Source: a bacterium (GTDB taxonomy: Bacteria > Bdellovibrionota_C > UBA2361 > RFPC01). From it: 63,609 nt of DNA. The stretch is from positions 1 through 63,609 of the forward strand of contig JALEGQ010000174.1 in assembly GCA_022763385.1 (NCBI GenBank). The letters run 5' to 3'. The translations under genes were made by a program, and so were the position numbers. Each line of letters opens with the position of its first letter. The first letter of the stretch is position 1. A model generated the notes under the pieces. It had not been told where the DNA came from. It did not search any database and saw only the letters and a program-made list of their open reading frames with translations. This document shows, one piece after another, positions 27,415-37,057 of this stretch.

Positions 27415-28640
27415 TACTCTTCAAAAGCCTTTACCCGAACTGTCGAGCTTGGACGGGCATCGTTCGTGGGGCCGAACCGCACCACATCTCCAGAGATCCA
27501 CGCCCGTTCTCCGGTCGGAGCCATTACTCGGTACCACCCGCCATCCCGCTTCTCGACGACGAGACGAGAGTTCTTCGAAACGGTGAGGAGTACGGAATTG
27601 TTTAATCCCGGCCCGGTACGGAGGTTCGCCTTTTTTACGACGACGGTTGCAATTGGCACCTGTTGATTCGCTGTCTCTCGCTCCGGACTACGGCGTGGCT
27701 GATAGGAAGATGGTTGTGTTGGCGACAGTGCCTGTTGGTTGGTACCTCGGGTTGGCAGCTCAACTGCAGCGCGAGAGGTGCGTCGTGGAGAGGTGTTGTG
27801 CCGCGCGGTTGCGTTTCGTGATGCTGAGAGCTTTCTGAGGTTCTCAATATTTCGTTTTTCGATGATATGTGAGAGACGCTCAACCTCTGTTTCTGCGAGG
27901 AGAAGCTCTTCACGGGTGCGTTCAAGCTCTTTCAGCACCTCGGTTACCTTAGACTCTGCCCGCAGCACTCTCTGGTCAAGCGTTGTCTTGGCTCGTCGGA
28001 GTGCGGAGATCGAGTTCTTCTGTTTCTCGATGGTCTCTTGCAGCGAAGAGTTCTTTCCAACACCTTTTGCCGTGACCGATTGATCTTTCTGAAGTCCGGC
28101 TCTCTGTTGCGATCGGCCGTACGGCGATACCTGTTGGCGAGCGGCTTCAGGTCGTGAAGGAATTCGTGGGGCTACTGCGAGGCGAGCATTTCCAGCTTGC
28201 TCTTCCGAGATGCCGAGCGGAGCGTCGTCTGCGCGCGGTGCTTCTCCCGCCTGTTGTGGCGAATTCGCCCCTTCTGGGCCCTGAAGCACCCGAAGGATGG
28301 CGGCCTCTTCTTCGGCAAGTTTTGTCTCCACCAGTCGGTAAGAATCCTGTCCCTGAATGTGCATGGCCGGCACCTGTTGCGCCACCTGGTGTTGAACGTT
28401 CAGGTGTTCGGTGTTCATCCCGGCAGTTTGGAGACGACCGACCTCTCTTTGGGAAAGAGGAGAAGCATGATCACTCTCTGCCAAAAGGGGGCTCGGATCC
28501 TGAAAAGCGAGGAGCGAAGCGATAACGGAGAAGACAACGGTAGCTGCTAGCTGACCACCTCCACTCCCATGCTCCCTATTCCCATGTTCCCTATTCTTGG
28601 ACTCATCCTGAGTACGCTTCTCATCCTGAGTACGCTTCAT
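27414..28640 (-). CDS. Membrane-anchored coiled-coil protein with a C-terminal bacterial SH3 domain
   Basis: 408 aa. SH3b-like VVKKANLRTGPGLNNSVLLTVSKNSRLVVEKRDGGWYRVMAPTGERAWISGDVV. N-terminus built from duplicated 18-mers and 15-mers. 1-nt junction with the M23 gene. Confidence 0.6.
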   Translation of the reverse strand: MKRTQDEKRTQDESKNREHGNREHGSGGGQLAATVVFSVIASLLAFQDPSPLLAESDHASPLSQREVGRLQTAGMNTEHLNVQHQVAQQVPAMHIQGQDSYRLVETKLAEEEAAILRVLQGPEGANSPQQAGEAPRADDAPLGISEEQAGNARLAVAPRIPSRPEAARQQVSPYGRSQQRAGLQKDQSVTAKGVGKNSSLQETIEKQKNSISALRRAKTTLDQRVLRAESKVTEVLKELERTREELLLAETEVERLSHIIEKRNIENLRKLSASRNATARHNTSPRRTSRAAVELPTRGTNQQALSPTQPSSYQPRRSPERETANQQVPIATVVVKKANLRTGPGLNNSVLLTVSKNSRLVVEKRDGGWYRVMAPTGERAWISGDVVRFGPTNDARPSSTVRVKAFEE

Positions 28641-28715
28641 ACCTTCTCCCTGTAGCCGTCACAAAAACAGCCACTAACAAAAACCAACTATATAACCACT
28701 CACCTCGCGTTCCTC

Positions 28716-28747
28716 CCCAATTCAGCGAAAGGGCCAATTCAGCGAAA
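28716..28747. repeat. 17-nt tandem direct repeat x2 (CCAATTCAGCGAAAG core)
   Basis: Core at 28716-28730 and 28733-28747, in the 118-nt gap between the bPH gene and the SH3b gene. Confidence 0.8.
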
Positions 28748-28758
28748 GTGAACTCCCG

Positions 28759-29376
28759 TTAAAGAGACGCCGCTTCTCGCTTCGGGTCCGCTTCAGAGGG
28801 AGATGAGCTCTGGTCCTCAGGTGGATATTCTCCCCCTGTACCTCTGTTGTGCTGATTTTTTTGAGAATGTTGCGGTATTTGTCGTTTATCTCGCTCTCTT
28901 TCGAGCATTTGTTGCACTTCCTCCGGAACTGCTATCCCATTCAGGACAATTTCGACAGTTCCGGTGGCTGCGGTAGAGATTTCGAGGTTTCCGACCCCGA
29001 GCATCCGTTGGAGGAGTGATTGGTGCGTTTGAAGGCTCCGAATGTCCTCAAACCATACCCGTATGAGCCGTCGTTGAAAGGCGAGAATGCCGATTTCTCG
29101 CTCGACCCCCCGCTCCGTAATGGTATACCGGACATTGTAGATCCGGTACATGGCGCAACCTATCGTAATCACTGGGAGAAACCAGAAAAGGGGGAGTCTC
29201 ATCCGGAATACCGTGTCACCAATGCGGAAGAGCTCTCCGTGGATAATAGACCACGGGAAGAGCTGAGTGAGAACGATGGAGATAATCGCCATAAAGAAAA
29301 AGACGATGAGGGAGACGATCTCCGACCTCCAGGTCCGAGTAATCTCGATCCTGGACTGAGTATCCGCCATATTCAC
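28759..29376 (-). CDS. Bacterial PH-domain (bPH_2 / YdbS-YdbT-like) membrane protein
   Basis: 205 aa. Two TM helices, then TITERGVEREIGILAFQRRLIRVWFEDIRSLQTHQSLLQRMLGVGNLEIS, typical of PF03703-type proteins. Confidence 0.6.
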   Translation of the reverse strand: MNMADTQSRIEITRTWRSEIVSLIVFFFMAIISIVLTQLFPWSIIHGELFRIGDTVFRMRLPLFWFLPVITIGCAMYRIYNVRYTITERGVEREIGILAFQRRLIRVWFEDIRSLQTHQSLLQRMLGVGNLEISTAATGTVEIVLNGIAVPEEVQQMLERERDKRQIPQHSQKNQHNRGTGGEYPPEDQSSSPSEADPKREAASL

Positions 29377-29756
29377 CTCATTCCCAATGTCTTCTCAATA
29401 TCATCGAGGGCTGAAGGACTCCGTTTTGCTCGCGAGGGGGGGGATTGGGGTTCCTGGCGAAGTTCTCTGCGGAGGAGAGAGCCGACATCACTGCCGTTTC
29501 CAGCTCCATTTCTCCTCGGTGAAGCTATCCCTCCCTGAGGGAGCGGTCGATTCCGCTGCTGAAGCTGTTGCTCTCCAACGGCCCTTCGCTCGGATTGCTG
29601 GGCCCGCCGTTTCTCAAAGTACTCCGGTTGAGTTACAGAGATATCCCCGCCGGTTGCCCGCCACAGTCCAAATATGGCGGCGAATACGACGATCGTAAAG
29701 AGGTGAGTCTTGTTCTTGAAAGGTGCCACGAAATTTTGGCTACTAATAAGCGCCAT
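29373..29756 (-). CDS. Single-pass membrane hypothetical protein
   Basis: 127 aa. TM LFTIVVFAAIFGLW. 4-nt overlap with the downstream bPH gene. Confidence 0.45.
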   Translation of the reverse strand: MALISSQNFVAPFKNKTHLFTIVVFAAIFGLWRATGGDISVTQPEYFEKRRAQQSERRAVGEQQLQQRNRPLPQGGIASPRRNGAGNGSDVGSLLRRELRQEPQSPPSRAKRSPSALDDIEKTLGMR

Positions 29757-29869
29757 AGATCTTCTCCATAGGACTGAGGGGAATCCAGAGCGTTGCTCTC
29801 TGAGGATAGTCTATTTTCTCCAGAGGGAACAGCTATTCCTCACGAGGCCCCTTCTTCCACCTGCTCCCG

Positions 29870-30181
29870 CTACTTCGGGGAATAATACTTCCATCTCCCC
29901 TGACGTATCTCAACGATGGACTGATGGGCGGGTCGGTAATACACCCCATCAGGATCAAGCCCCGGAGGGATCTCTACGACATCCACCATCGGCTCTTCCC
30001 ACACATACTCAACGACACCAGGAGCGGTTCGGACGGGAGCCTCTATCACGACCTCTTCCCGTATAATCTGCGGAGCTACTGGCTCTGGAGTGCCTCCCCC
30101 AAAGACGCCGCATCCGCTGAGCAAGAGCGCAAGGCTCCCCACACAGAGTGTCTTTTCGACTGTAAACATACCATTCTCCAT
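29870..30181 (-). CDS. Small lipoprotein with a TraV-like C-terminal PAH-x9-RW motif
   Basis: Start set at the internal ATG at 30181, 2 nt after the traC stop. Lipobox LLLSGC. C-terminus DPDGVYYRPAHQSIVEIRQGRW. Confidence 0.55.
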   Translation of the reverse strand: MENGMFTVEKTLCVGSLALLLSGCGVFGGGTPEPVAPQIIREEVVIEAPVRTAPGVVEYVWEEPMVDVVEIPPGLDPDGVYYRPAHQSIVEIRQGRWKYYSPK

Positions 30182-30183
30182 GA

Positions 30184-32919
30184 TTACGATGGACTTCCTC
30201 CAAAGATGTGATCTGCTGCCGGTCCAGAACCACCGTTTGGTGACGACGGTTCTTCCTGACCGGGTTTCCGTAAAAGCTGTTCCTGGAGTGCTTTGGCGCC
30301 GTGAGGGGCGATAGCAACTACCTGCCGAATCGCTTCGTTGAAATCTCCGTTGCACTGTTGAAGCACCTCCTGAAAGAGTTGGTTGTCGTCTCCATTGTTC
30401 GTACTCGCCCAGTAGAATGAGGGCTCGAGCGGGAGGACGAGAGCCCCTTCTCCGATATCAGAGAGGAGGAAGAACTGAGACTCCACTCCTTTGACCGTTC
30501 GGAGCCGAAGGATAACGTCAGATTGTTCTTCTGAGAGGTTAAAGGCCTGCGCGGTGAGGTGAAACTTCGCGGGGTCCTGTCGGAGGAAGATCTTGTGTGC
30601 ACTGTTCTGGACGATCGCCTGACCGCCATTGCCGACGTAGAAGTCTTCCCCTGATTGGGAAGCCGCAATGACGATTCCCTTTCTCTTTCGGTAGAGTCGG
30701 AAGGCCGTCTCAATGGTATTCGCCGAAGTCTTTCCGATGAGATCGTGTGCCTCATCAAATACGAGGATCTTTCGTGCGTCCAGTTCCTTCGGATCGTTCA
30801 TCACTTCATCTGCCCACATCATGGCGATCTTCAGGAATACCCGTTGGAGATCGGGGTTGCGACTGAGCGCCTTGAGGTCGAAAACGATGAAGCGCTCTTT
30901 GAGCTCGAGACTTCCTGGTCGGTCAAAGAAGCGAGCATATGTTCCATTTCCATAGTACTCGGCGATAAGGGTGGATACCCGTTGTCGCCGCATAGCGGCA
31001 TCTTCTGGCTCATTGATTCGCTGAGGGGCCCGGAGGACGGACACGACATCACTGAGAATTAACTGCCGTTTCATCGGTCCATTCCGATAGAGGCGGTGGG
31101 CCTCGATGAGGGAGTCCGTCACTACGGATTTATCGAGTCTATCGAGGAGGCGAGGGCCATCAGTCGCCATGTCACAGATAACATCGGCGCTCATATCAAT
31201 GAGATCCTTGTAGTCACCCTGCTGAAGGTTTGCTTCTGTTCGTCCCAGTCGGGCGAGGAAGTTCATCGAAGGAGCTTTTGACGGAGTTGCTTCGTATATT
31301 CTTCCGCCGAAGAGTCGCGCTACCTTTTCAAAGCCGCACGGCTGTCCCGCCATCCCCTTGTCAAAAACAAAGGTAATCGGACTTCGCTCTACGAGCCGAC
31401 CGTTGCTGAGGGTTGAGTAGTGCCCGCGGTTCATGGTGATCAACATAAAGCAGAGCAGGTAACTTTTCCCGGCTCCGGACACCCCAGAGATCAGGACGTT
31501 TGGAGCGGTCTCTGAGTCGTAGAGGTCAAAGCCGACGAGCTCACGGTTCCAGAGGCTCGGAAGCACAAAGAGACTTCCCCGACTGCCGCGCCAGTTTCCC
31601 CAGAGAGGAAAGAGGCGAACGGCACGAGAAGAGCGCATCGTATTCGTCCACCCTGGGCCATCCGTTGCGGGGTCGTAGCATCCCGGAAGGCTATTGACGA
31701 TGACGCCGAGATCGGAGACTTCATGTATCATTCCCCGTGCACCGTTTAGCTGCGGAAAGGTTGCGATTGCTTCAGAAGCAGCACGCATCGCTTCTCCCTG
31801 GGTTTGGCAGAAGAATGTCTGATGCACTCCGACCCGCACCATCTGAGATCGATTTCCGTAGAGTTCGGAACGAGCCGCTCGAACGGCAGCGATCTGGTGT
31901 TGAACCTTCTGGTTTGAGCGACCTCTGCTCGTGACCTCTCGAGTCCCGAGAGTTCCATCGAGGGCATCGAGAGAGGCTATCTGCTTCTCTTGAGCGTCTT
32001 TCGAGTAGGTGACGCTGATGATGTTCTCATAGGGAGAGCTTTGCAGCGGGGTGATCATGAGCGGAAGGCACTGCTTCGGAGATTTCACGATTGAGACAGC
32101 ACGAAAGAATCGACCGTCTTTCTTGATCAATCCGTTCTCCGGGTGTTCCGCGGGGGTCTCAGATACCTGGTTCGAAAGAAAGTCGCTGGGATCGTACTCG
32201 GGGCGTGGTACCGCGGTGTTACGTCCCCGACGAAACTTTCCCGATTTAATGCTTCGCCGGTTCAGGATCGGATAGAGCAGGTCAATGAGATCTTGTCCGT
32301 GCAGTGGTCGTGGTCGGAAGCCGAGGTCGGTGAGTTTACTGATCGTTCCATCCACCCGTCCCCGAAACTCTCGGGCGTACTGTTGGTACTCCTTCATCCG
32401 TTCTGCGGTGGAAACACCAACTTTTCCGGTGAACATTGTTTTGAGCGAGCGTATCGTCTGTTCAAGCAGGCCACTGGCACGCCACGCCGGATCACAACGG
32501 AAGCTGACGAGTAGACGAAGCTTTCGAGGGCGTTGATAGTACTGCCCCTGCTGCGCACTTCTCCGAAGCATCCGGCTCCACCGCTTCGCCATCCATCCAC
32601 TGACTCCACCCGAGGGGTACTCGTGGATACTCCGTTGTAGCAGGGACTCAACATCAAAGGTGGTAATCCAGTTCCACTGGACGCTGATTTCGGGCGGAAG
32701 CGCATCGAGCATCTCTTGGACCTGTGCTGAGAGCTGAAACGCCTCTCGGTCAGAGGTGTTGGTGATCCACTGCGGACTCAGCTCCCACATCGACCAGAGC
32801 GAGGCATCAGAGTGGACAAAGAGGCCGAATTCCTTCTCGAACTTCACGTAGGGAAGAAGCTCATTAAAGGTTCGTTCATCCTGGTAGAGCCTTTCCCGGG
32901 TAATGCGGTTAATGCTCAT
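30184..32919 (-). CDS. traC: TraC/VirB4-family type IV secretion ATPase
   Basis: 911 aa. Walker A SGVSGAGKSY and Walker B KILVFDEAHD. Size and N-terminal LLPYVKFEKEFGLF pattern match F/GI-type TraC. Confidence 0.85.
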   Translation of the reverse strand: MSINRITRERLYQDERTFNELLPYVKFEKEFGLFVHSDASLWSMWELSPQWITNTSDREAFQLSAQVQEMLDALPPEISVQWNWITTFDVESLLQRSIHEYPSGGVSGWMAKRWSRMLRRSAQQGQYYQRPRKLRLLVSFRCDPAWRASGLLEQTIRSLKTMFTGKVGVSTAERMKEYQQYAREFRGRVDGTISKLTDLGFRPRPLHGQDLIDLLYPILNRRSIKSGKFRRGRNTAVPRPEYDPSDFLSNQVSETPAEHPENGLIKKDGRFFRAVSIVKSPKQCLPLMITPLQSSPYENIISVTYSKDAQEKQIASLDALDGTLGTREVTSRGRSNQKVQHQIAAVRAARSELYGNRSQMVRVGVHQTFFCQTQGEAMRAASEAIATFPQLNGARGMIHEVSDLGVIVNSLPGCYDPATDGPGWTNTMRSSRAVRLFPLWGNWRGSRGSLFVLPSLWNRELVGFDLYDSETAPNVLISGVSGAGKSYLLCFMLITMNRGHYSTLSNGRLVERSPITFVFDKGMAGQPCGFEKVARLFGGRIYEATPSKAPSMNFLARLGRTEANLQQGDYKDLIDMSADVICDMATDGPRLLDRLDKSVVTDSLIEAHRLYRNGPMKRQLILSDVVSVLRAPQRINEPEDAAMRRQRVSTLIAEYYGNGTYARFFDRPGSLELKERFIVFDLKALSRNPDLQRVFLKIAMMWADEVMNDPKELDARKILVFDEAHDLIGKTSANTIETAFRLYRKRKGIVIAASQSGEDFYVGNGGQAIVQNSAHKIFLRQDPAKFHLTAQAFNLSEEQSDVILRLRTVKGVESQFFLLSDIGEGALVLPLEPSFYWASTNNGDDNQLFQEVLQQCNGDFNEAIRQVVAIAPHGAKALQEQLLRKPGQEEPSSPNGGSGPAADHIFGGSPS

Positions 32920-33446
32920 TCTGTCTCCTCCTCGGCAGAAGCCGTGTCTTCGGAAGAACTCTCGTTAAAAAAGGCAGCCTCCTTCGGTTGACCAGCGAGG
33001 AAGCGAACCTCTCGGTTCTCATGATCTATAGTCACCTTGACACCAGCAGTTGCTTCAATCTCTCTGGCGAGTTCCTCGAAGGTGCCGAGCGTATTTATGG
33101 TAATGGTCTCCTCTCTGAGAAGACTTGAGCAGTAAGTGCTATACCGATTCAGGCCAGCGAGCACCGTTGCTGCGGTGCAGAGTGGTTGATCCTCGAGAGA
33201 GAAATGAACCACTGGGAGTAGTTTTGGGCGACTTGGGTCTGCTAAGCCTGCACTCCGAAGGTCTCGACTTGGATGCGTTTCTGGGAGGTGAACCCACCGC
33301 AATCGACTGTAGGTCAGATCTGGAGGAAGTTGACGGTCCGCAACTCGATACACCTTCTTTTCAACCTCTACGGGGTGAGTGCTGCTACACCCTCCCAGAA
33401 GAATGAGGAGAAAAGAGAGGTGTAGAGGAGCAGAGAACCGCTTCAT
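32916..33446 (-). CDS. Lipoprotein, possibly PilL/TcpQ-like
   Basis: 176 aa. Lipobox ILLGGC. C-terminal TITINTLGTFEELAREIEATAGVKVTIDHENREVRFL resembles TcpQ/secretin-N-type modules. ATGA overlap with traC. Confidence 0.4.
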   Translation of the reverse strand: MKRFSAPLHLSFLLILLGGCSSTHPVEVEKKVYRVADRQLPPDLTYSRLRWVHLPETHPSRDLRSAGLADPSRPKLLPVVHFSLEDQPLCTAATVLAGLNRYSTYCSSLLREETITINTLGTFEELAREIEATAGVKVTIDHENREVRFLAGQPKEAAFFNESSSEDTASAEEETE

Positions 33447-33448
33447 AA

Positions 33449-33949
33449 CTACCGTCCCTGAGTAAAGGGAACAGAGGTTGTCGATTCACTCTGACCGTTA
33501 ATAAGTGCTTCCTGATCGAAGACATCCGTTGCCGCCCACCGGTCATCGAGCACTTTCAGATAGTAGTAGTGCGCTGGTACGAGATCGCCATTCTTGTTTA
33601 GGTGATCTGGCACCCACATAAGTCGAACAACCGATGGTTGAATCACGGGATTTTGAGGTTGTGGCTGGTGAGCCTTGGGGTAGCGAGCGACCTCTTCAAG
33701 CGACTCTCGAGCATCTTCAATACTCGTTCCTCCATCTCGTAAGGCGCTATCGTCAAGCTTCCCGAGGTATGCACGAGGAGGAGGCTCTTCTTGAAATGGG
33801 TTCAGTGAATTTCCGAATCGGCTGCATCCGCTCAGGATCAGAGCAGCGCTCAACAGTGCTGCCGCTCCGAGAGGAGAGACCAGCGCCCGAGGCCGACCTC
33901 GTTGTCGAAGTGACCCTTCTTCCCCACTGCTATATGTTATCTTGCTCAT
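33449..33949 (-). CDS. traV: TraV-like outer-membrane lipoprotein (VirB7 analogue)
   Basis: 166 aa. Lipobox LILSGC. VVRLMWVPDHLNKNGDLVPAHYYYLKVLDDRW resembles the conserved TraV / TIGR03751 tail. Position between traB and traC. Confidence 0.5.
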   Translation of the reverse strand: MSKITYSSGEEGSLRQRGRPRALVSPLGAAALLSAALILSGCSRFGNSLNPFQEEPPPRAYLGKLDDSALRDGGTSIEDARESLEEVARYPKAHQPQPQNPVIQPSVVRLMWVPDHLNKNGDLVPAHYYYLKVLDDRWAATDVFDQEALINGQSESTTSVPFTQGR

Positions 33950-33966
33950 AATTCCTCCAAAAACCG

Positions 33967-35160
33967 TTAATCGAGACCGCTGAACACATCTTCTTCATCA
34001 GTATTGAGCATCTCGAAGAGGCGAGGGATCTCTGCGCCACGACTGAAAATTGCGGTTGCCTCGCGTCCGGAATACACCTGAATTGCTGGTACCGTCTGTT
34101 GCACGCGTTGTCGAATTACGTCACTCCACATCCGCGCGGACTCTGAGATTCCTCGTCCCGCTGCAAACTGAAGAGCATCACCGGTAAGAGCGGAGCTGAT
34201 CGCACCATTATTCCCGACAGTAGTCGTTACCTGACCGGTGGAGAGCGCATTCCCAGCTCCCTGAACGAAGCCGTTAATCGCTCCAGCTCCGAGGATCTTT
34301 CCAAGGGGATCGATGGGAATCCCCTTCATCCCTCGAATACCGTCTTCTCCAACGATCCATCCATCGACCGAGACATCGAGGAGCTCTCCGTTCGGGAGTC
34401 GCATGGTAAGCGTGGTGAGACGAAATAGGGCTCGGGAGTCAACCAGTGATCCTTGAGCGGCTGCAAGCATCCGTGCACCTCCGAGCGGAAGATTTCCTCC
34501 GTCTGGACTCTGGACATCACCGACAAGCTCAAGCAGAACGGGGTAGGGGGTTCCATCTGTGGGGGCGTTCACCCCAGCGAGTAGCTTTACCCGAACGAAA
34601 TCTGTCGGAGCGATGTAGGCGATCCGAGCGTCTTCTTCGGCGAGCTCTGGGGGAGCAACGACCCCAACGTCAGCAACCTCTCCGAAGCTCTCAAGAGTGT
34701 CGCCCGAGAAAGGATCTTCGTCCGGGAACGCAGGGGAATCTGATACGGGATTACCCGTGACCCCATCAGCTGCATAGTCAGGCAGCGCTGGTCGTTGAGA
34801 TTCGATCCGCTTGATGAGTGTCTCGAAGATCTCGGCAGTTCGCATCTCGTTCTCCTCGATCCGCTCCTCCGTGTTCTTCTGGTTCTCCTGTAACTGCCCC
34901 ATGATCTCTTTCTGTTGATCGAGGCGGCTGACGATAACCTCCTGGAGATCACTATAAACCTCCTGGGCAGAAGCTGCTCCGATCTTATCCGCCGGCTGCT
35001 CTCGCACCGTGAAAGCGGGTTGAGCGGTTCTTCTTCGCTGTTTTGGTTGGTAGAAAACCAGAAAGAGTACCGCGAGAACGACGCAGCCCGCGATCACCTG
35101 AGCCTTTCGGTCTCGTTGAACGAGCTGGTACATGTCACTTGCTTTTTGCTGAATACTCAT
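33967..35160 (-). CDS. traB: TraB-like (VirB10/TrbI-family) T4SS core protein
   Basis: 397 aa. N-terminal TM, coiled coil, and a Gly-rich C-terminal beta domain (VDGWIVGEDGIRGMKGIPIDPLGKILGAG...QVYSGREATAIF). Confidence 0.65.
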   Translation of the reverse strand: MSIQQKASDMYQLVQRDRKAQVIAGCVVLAVLFLVFYQPKQRRRTAQPAFTVREQPADKIGAASAQEVYSDLQEVIVSRLDQQKEIMGQLQENQKNTEERIEENEMRTAEIFETLIKRIESQRPALPDYAADGVTGNPVSDSPAFPDEDPFSGDTLESFGEVADVGVVAPPELAEEDARIAYIAPTDFVRVKLLAGVNAPTDGTPYPVLLELVGDVQSPDGGNLPLGGARMLAAAQGSLVDSRALFRLTTLTMRLPNGELLDVSVDGWIVGEDGIRGMKGIPIDPLGKILGAGAINGFVQGAGNALSTGQVTTTVGNNGAISSALTGDALQFAAGRGISESARMWSDVIRQRVQQTVPAIQVYSGREATAIFSRGAEIPRLFEMLNTDEEDVFSGLD

Positions 35161-35176
35161 CGTTCCGACACTCCCC

Positions 35177-35998
35177 CTAGTCCTTCTTTGCCCTTGTCAC
35201 GACGTATACCTTCGTTTTGTGTTTTCCGGCGATCTGCTGCTCAATGTTGAGCGGCTTCGCTGTGAGCTCCCAGTTGCTCATGGAGATCGCTCGTGTTCCA
35301 TTTAAGCGGAAGGTCGCTGGATTCAATCGTTGAGAAACATCGAGCTCATTGGAAGCATCGATCACATATCCCCACAACTTCGGACCGATAAAGATCTTGT
35401 CGATCGTGGCGTTGAGCGTTCCATCGTTCAGCACTTTCTCGCCCCGGTATCGGTCTGTTACCCGATATCCTGGGATCTTATCTTTGCCAAACTCCGCTGC
35501 GAGCACGAGTTCTCTCATAAAACCAGCAACCGTTCCGGGGTGCTGTTTTTGAAACTTCCTCTGCTCATACGGGTTCAATTCTTCTTCCTCCTGATCAAAG
35601 ACACTGGTGCTTCTTTTGTCTCGGATTTGGAGTTGTGGATCTCGCGGAAACTCTTCTGTGGCTCGTTGAACCCGTACCGGATACGAACGGCCATCCTCCA
35701 GCCGGACGATGAGCGCCTCGCCTTCCTCCGTCAGTGACTCATTAGAGAAGAGGATGAGGTCAGAGTCCTTGCGATCAAGTGAAAGAGAGGTCTGACGCCC
35801 GCGGAAACCACCGGCAATCTTTGACGGAAATCGAACCTGGGTTGGTTCTCCTGGTTGTACTCGAACCGGAATCTCTCCCTCTCCACGATACTCGAGTTCT
35901 CGCGCGAAGAGCGGAGATACTCCGAGCACGAGGAGCAGTGCGAGCGCTATGAAGCCCTTCGCAAGGGGGGAAGAGCTCTGTTTGTTAGTAATCAACAT
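35177..35998 (-). CDS. traK: TraK-like (VirB9 analogue) periplasmic T4SS core protein
   Basis: 273 aa. Signal peptide. C-terminal ...GPKLWGYVIDASNELDVSQRLNPATF...TRAISMSNWELTAKPL...KVYVVTRA fits the TraK pattern. Confidence 0.6.
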   Translation of the reverse strand: MLITNKQSSSPLAKGFIALALLLVLGVSPLFARELEYRGEGEIPVRVQPGEPTQVRFPSKIAGGFRGRQTSLSLDRKDSDLILFSNESLTEEGEALIVRLEDGRSYPVRVQRATEEFPRDPQLQIRDKRSTSVFDQEEEELNPYEQRKFQKQHPGTVAGFMRELVLAAEFGKDKIPGYRVTDRYRGEKVLNDGTLNATIDKIFIGPKLWGYVIDASNELDVSQRLNPATFRLNGTRAISMSNWELTAKPLNIEQQIAGKHKTKVYVVTRAKKD

Positions 35999-36632
35999 TT
36001 TCTACCTCGATTTTCTTCGCCATAAGTCCGTACATATTGAGCTTGTTTCTGGGACGGGTCACAAAGGTGATGGTGTACCGGGTATGAACCGTTGGAACCT
36101 GTTTCCCCGCAATAAATTTTGTTCGGTCTCCGAAGAGGCTCACGGCAATCCCCTCAGACTTCGGCTCAATTTTTGTCTTAGTCGGATCTACGAAAAAGAG
36201 CTGAGTTCTCGCCGTGCTCCGGATAGCGCTCAGCTCAAGGCCGAGCATGGTCTCTCGAAAGGTCGAGAGCGCCGGTTCTTCGAGGTGTTCAAGTGCGGCA
36301 ACAAACTGCCGTTCCGCAACGTGTGGTTGGTACGTGGCGATAAGATTTACAATCTCTGTTGCGGCTTCAAGAAGAGCGGCCTCAGGGATCTCGTTAATCG
36401 CATACTGTCCCGGGAGTGGCTGACGAGGAACATGGAGAGTTACCTCTCGAGTTGAGTAGAGGTAGAAAACGAAGATGATCAGGAGGATACTTCCGATCAT
36501 CTGGGCAAGAGCGATTACTCTCCAGAGCATCGCCTGCTCGCGATAGCTCTCCCAAAGTCGAAAGGTATCATTTTCTCCTTTCGAATCGACCTCTCCAATG
36601 TGTTTTATGAAGTGGGCAACTTTTCCCATCAT
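35985..36632 (-). CDS. traE: TraE-like (VirB8 analogue) bitopic inner-membrane protein
   Basis: 215 aa. One N-terminal TM (VIALAQMIGSILLIIFVFYLY) plus a periplasmic domain. 14-nt overlap with traK. Position in the L-E-K-B order. Confidence 0.5.
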   Translation of the reverse strand: MMGKVAHFIKHIGEVDSKGENDTFRLWESYREQAMLWRVIALAQMIGSILLIIFVFYLYSTREVTLHVPRQPLPGQYAINEIPEAALLEAATEIVNLIATYQPHVAERQFVAALEHLEEPALSTFRETMLGLELSAIRSTARTQLFFVDPTKTKIEPKSEGIAVSLFGDRTKFIAGKQVPTVHTRYTITFVTRPRNKLNMYGLMAKKIEVENVDY

Positions 36633-36651
36633 ATGCTCCTAAAACTTGGGC

Positions 36652-37056
36652 CTAAAACTGAGGCTCACTTTCATCACCCTCTTCCTCATCGAACAATTCT
36701 GAGAGATGAAGCTGATGATATTCCTTCTTCTCTTCGAGCTTCTTTACGGGGACTCCACTCCAGACCGGCTGGATGGCGGCGGGAGCAGGGATCCCAGGAG
36801 GACTGATTCCGAGAATGACCATGAAAAAATTTGCGACACCTCTTTCTTCGTCGGGAAAAGCCTTTCGGAGACGAACAAGGCCAAAGGTGGTTCCGATGAG
36901 GATCCCGAGGAAGATCGGCATGGTTCGGGCTGGGCTCGAAAGAAACATCTCTTGAATGAGTATCGCCACGAGAAATCCTGAGCCCCACTCCGTGACACGT
37001 GCGCCAGCAAAGGTCCAGCCTTCGTCTAGCCCGGGAATGACTTCGCCGTTATCCAT
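36652..37056 (-). CDS. traL: TraL-like (VirB3 analogue) small membrane protein (tentative)
   Basis: Internal start MDNGEV (37056), 1 nt after the upstream stop. 134 aa with two hydrophobic helices and LVRLRKAFPDEERG. First position of the L-E-K-B-V-C order. Confidence 0.45.
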   Translation of the reverse strand: MDNGEVIPGLDEGWTFAGARVTEWGSGFLVAILIQEMFLSSPARTMPIFLGILIGTTFGLVRLRKAFPDEERGVANFFMVILGISPPGIPAPAAIQPVWSGVPVKKLEEKKEYHQLHLSELFDEEEGDESEPQF

Positions 37057-37057
37057 C

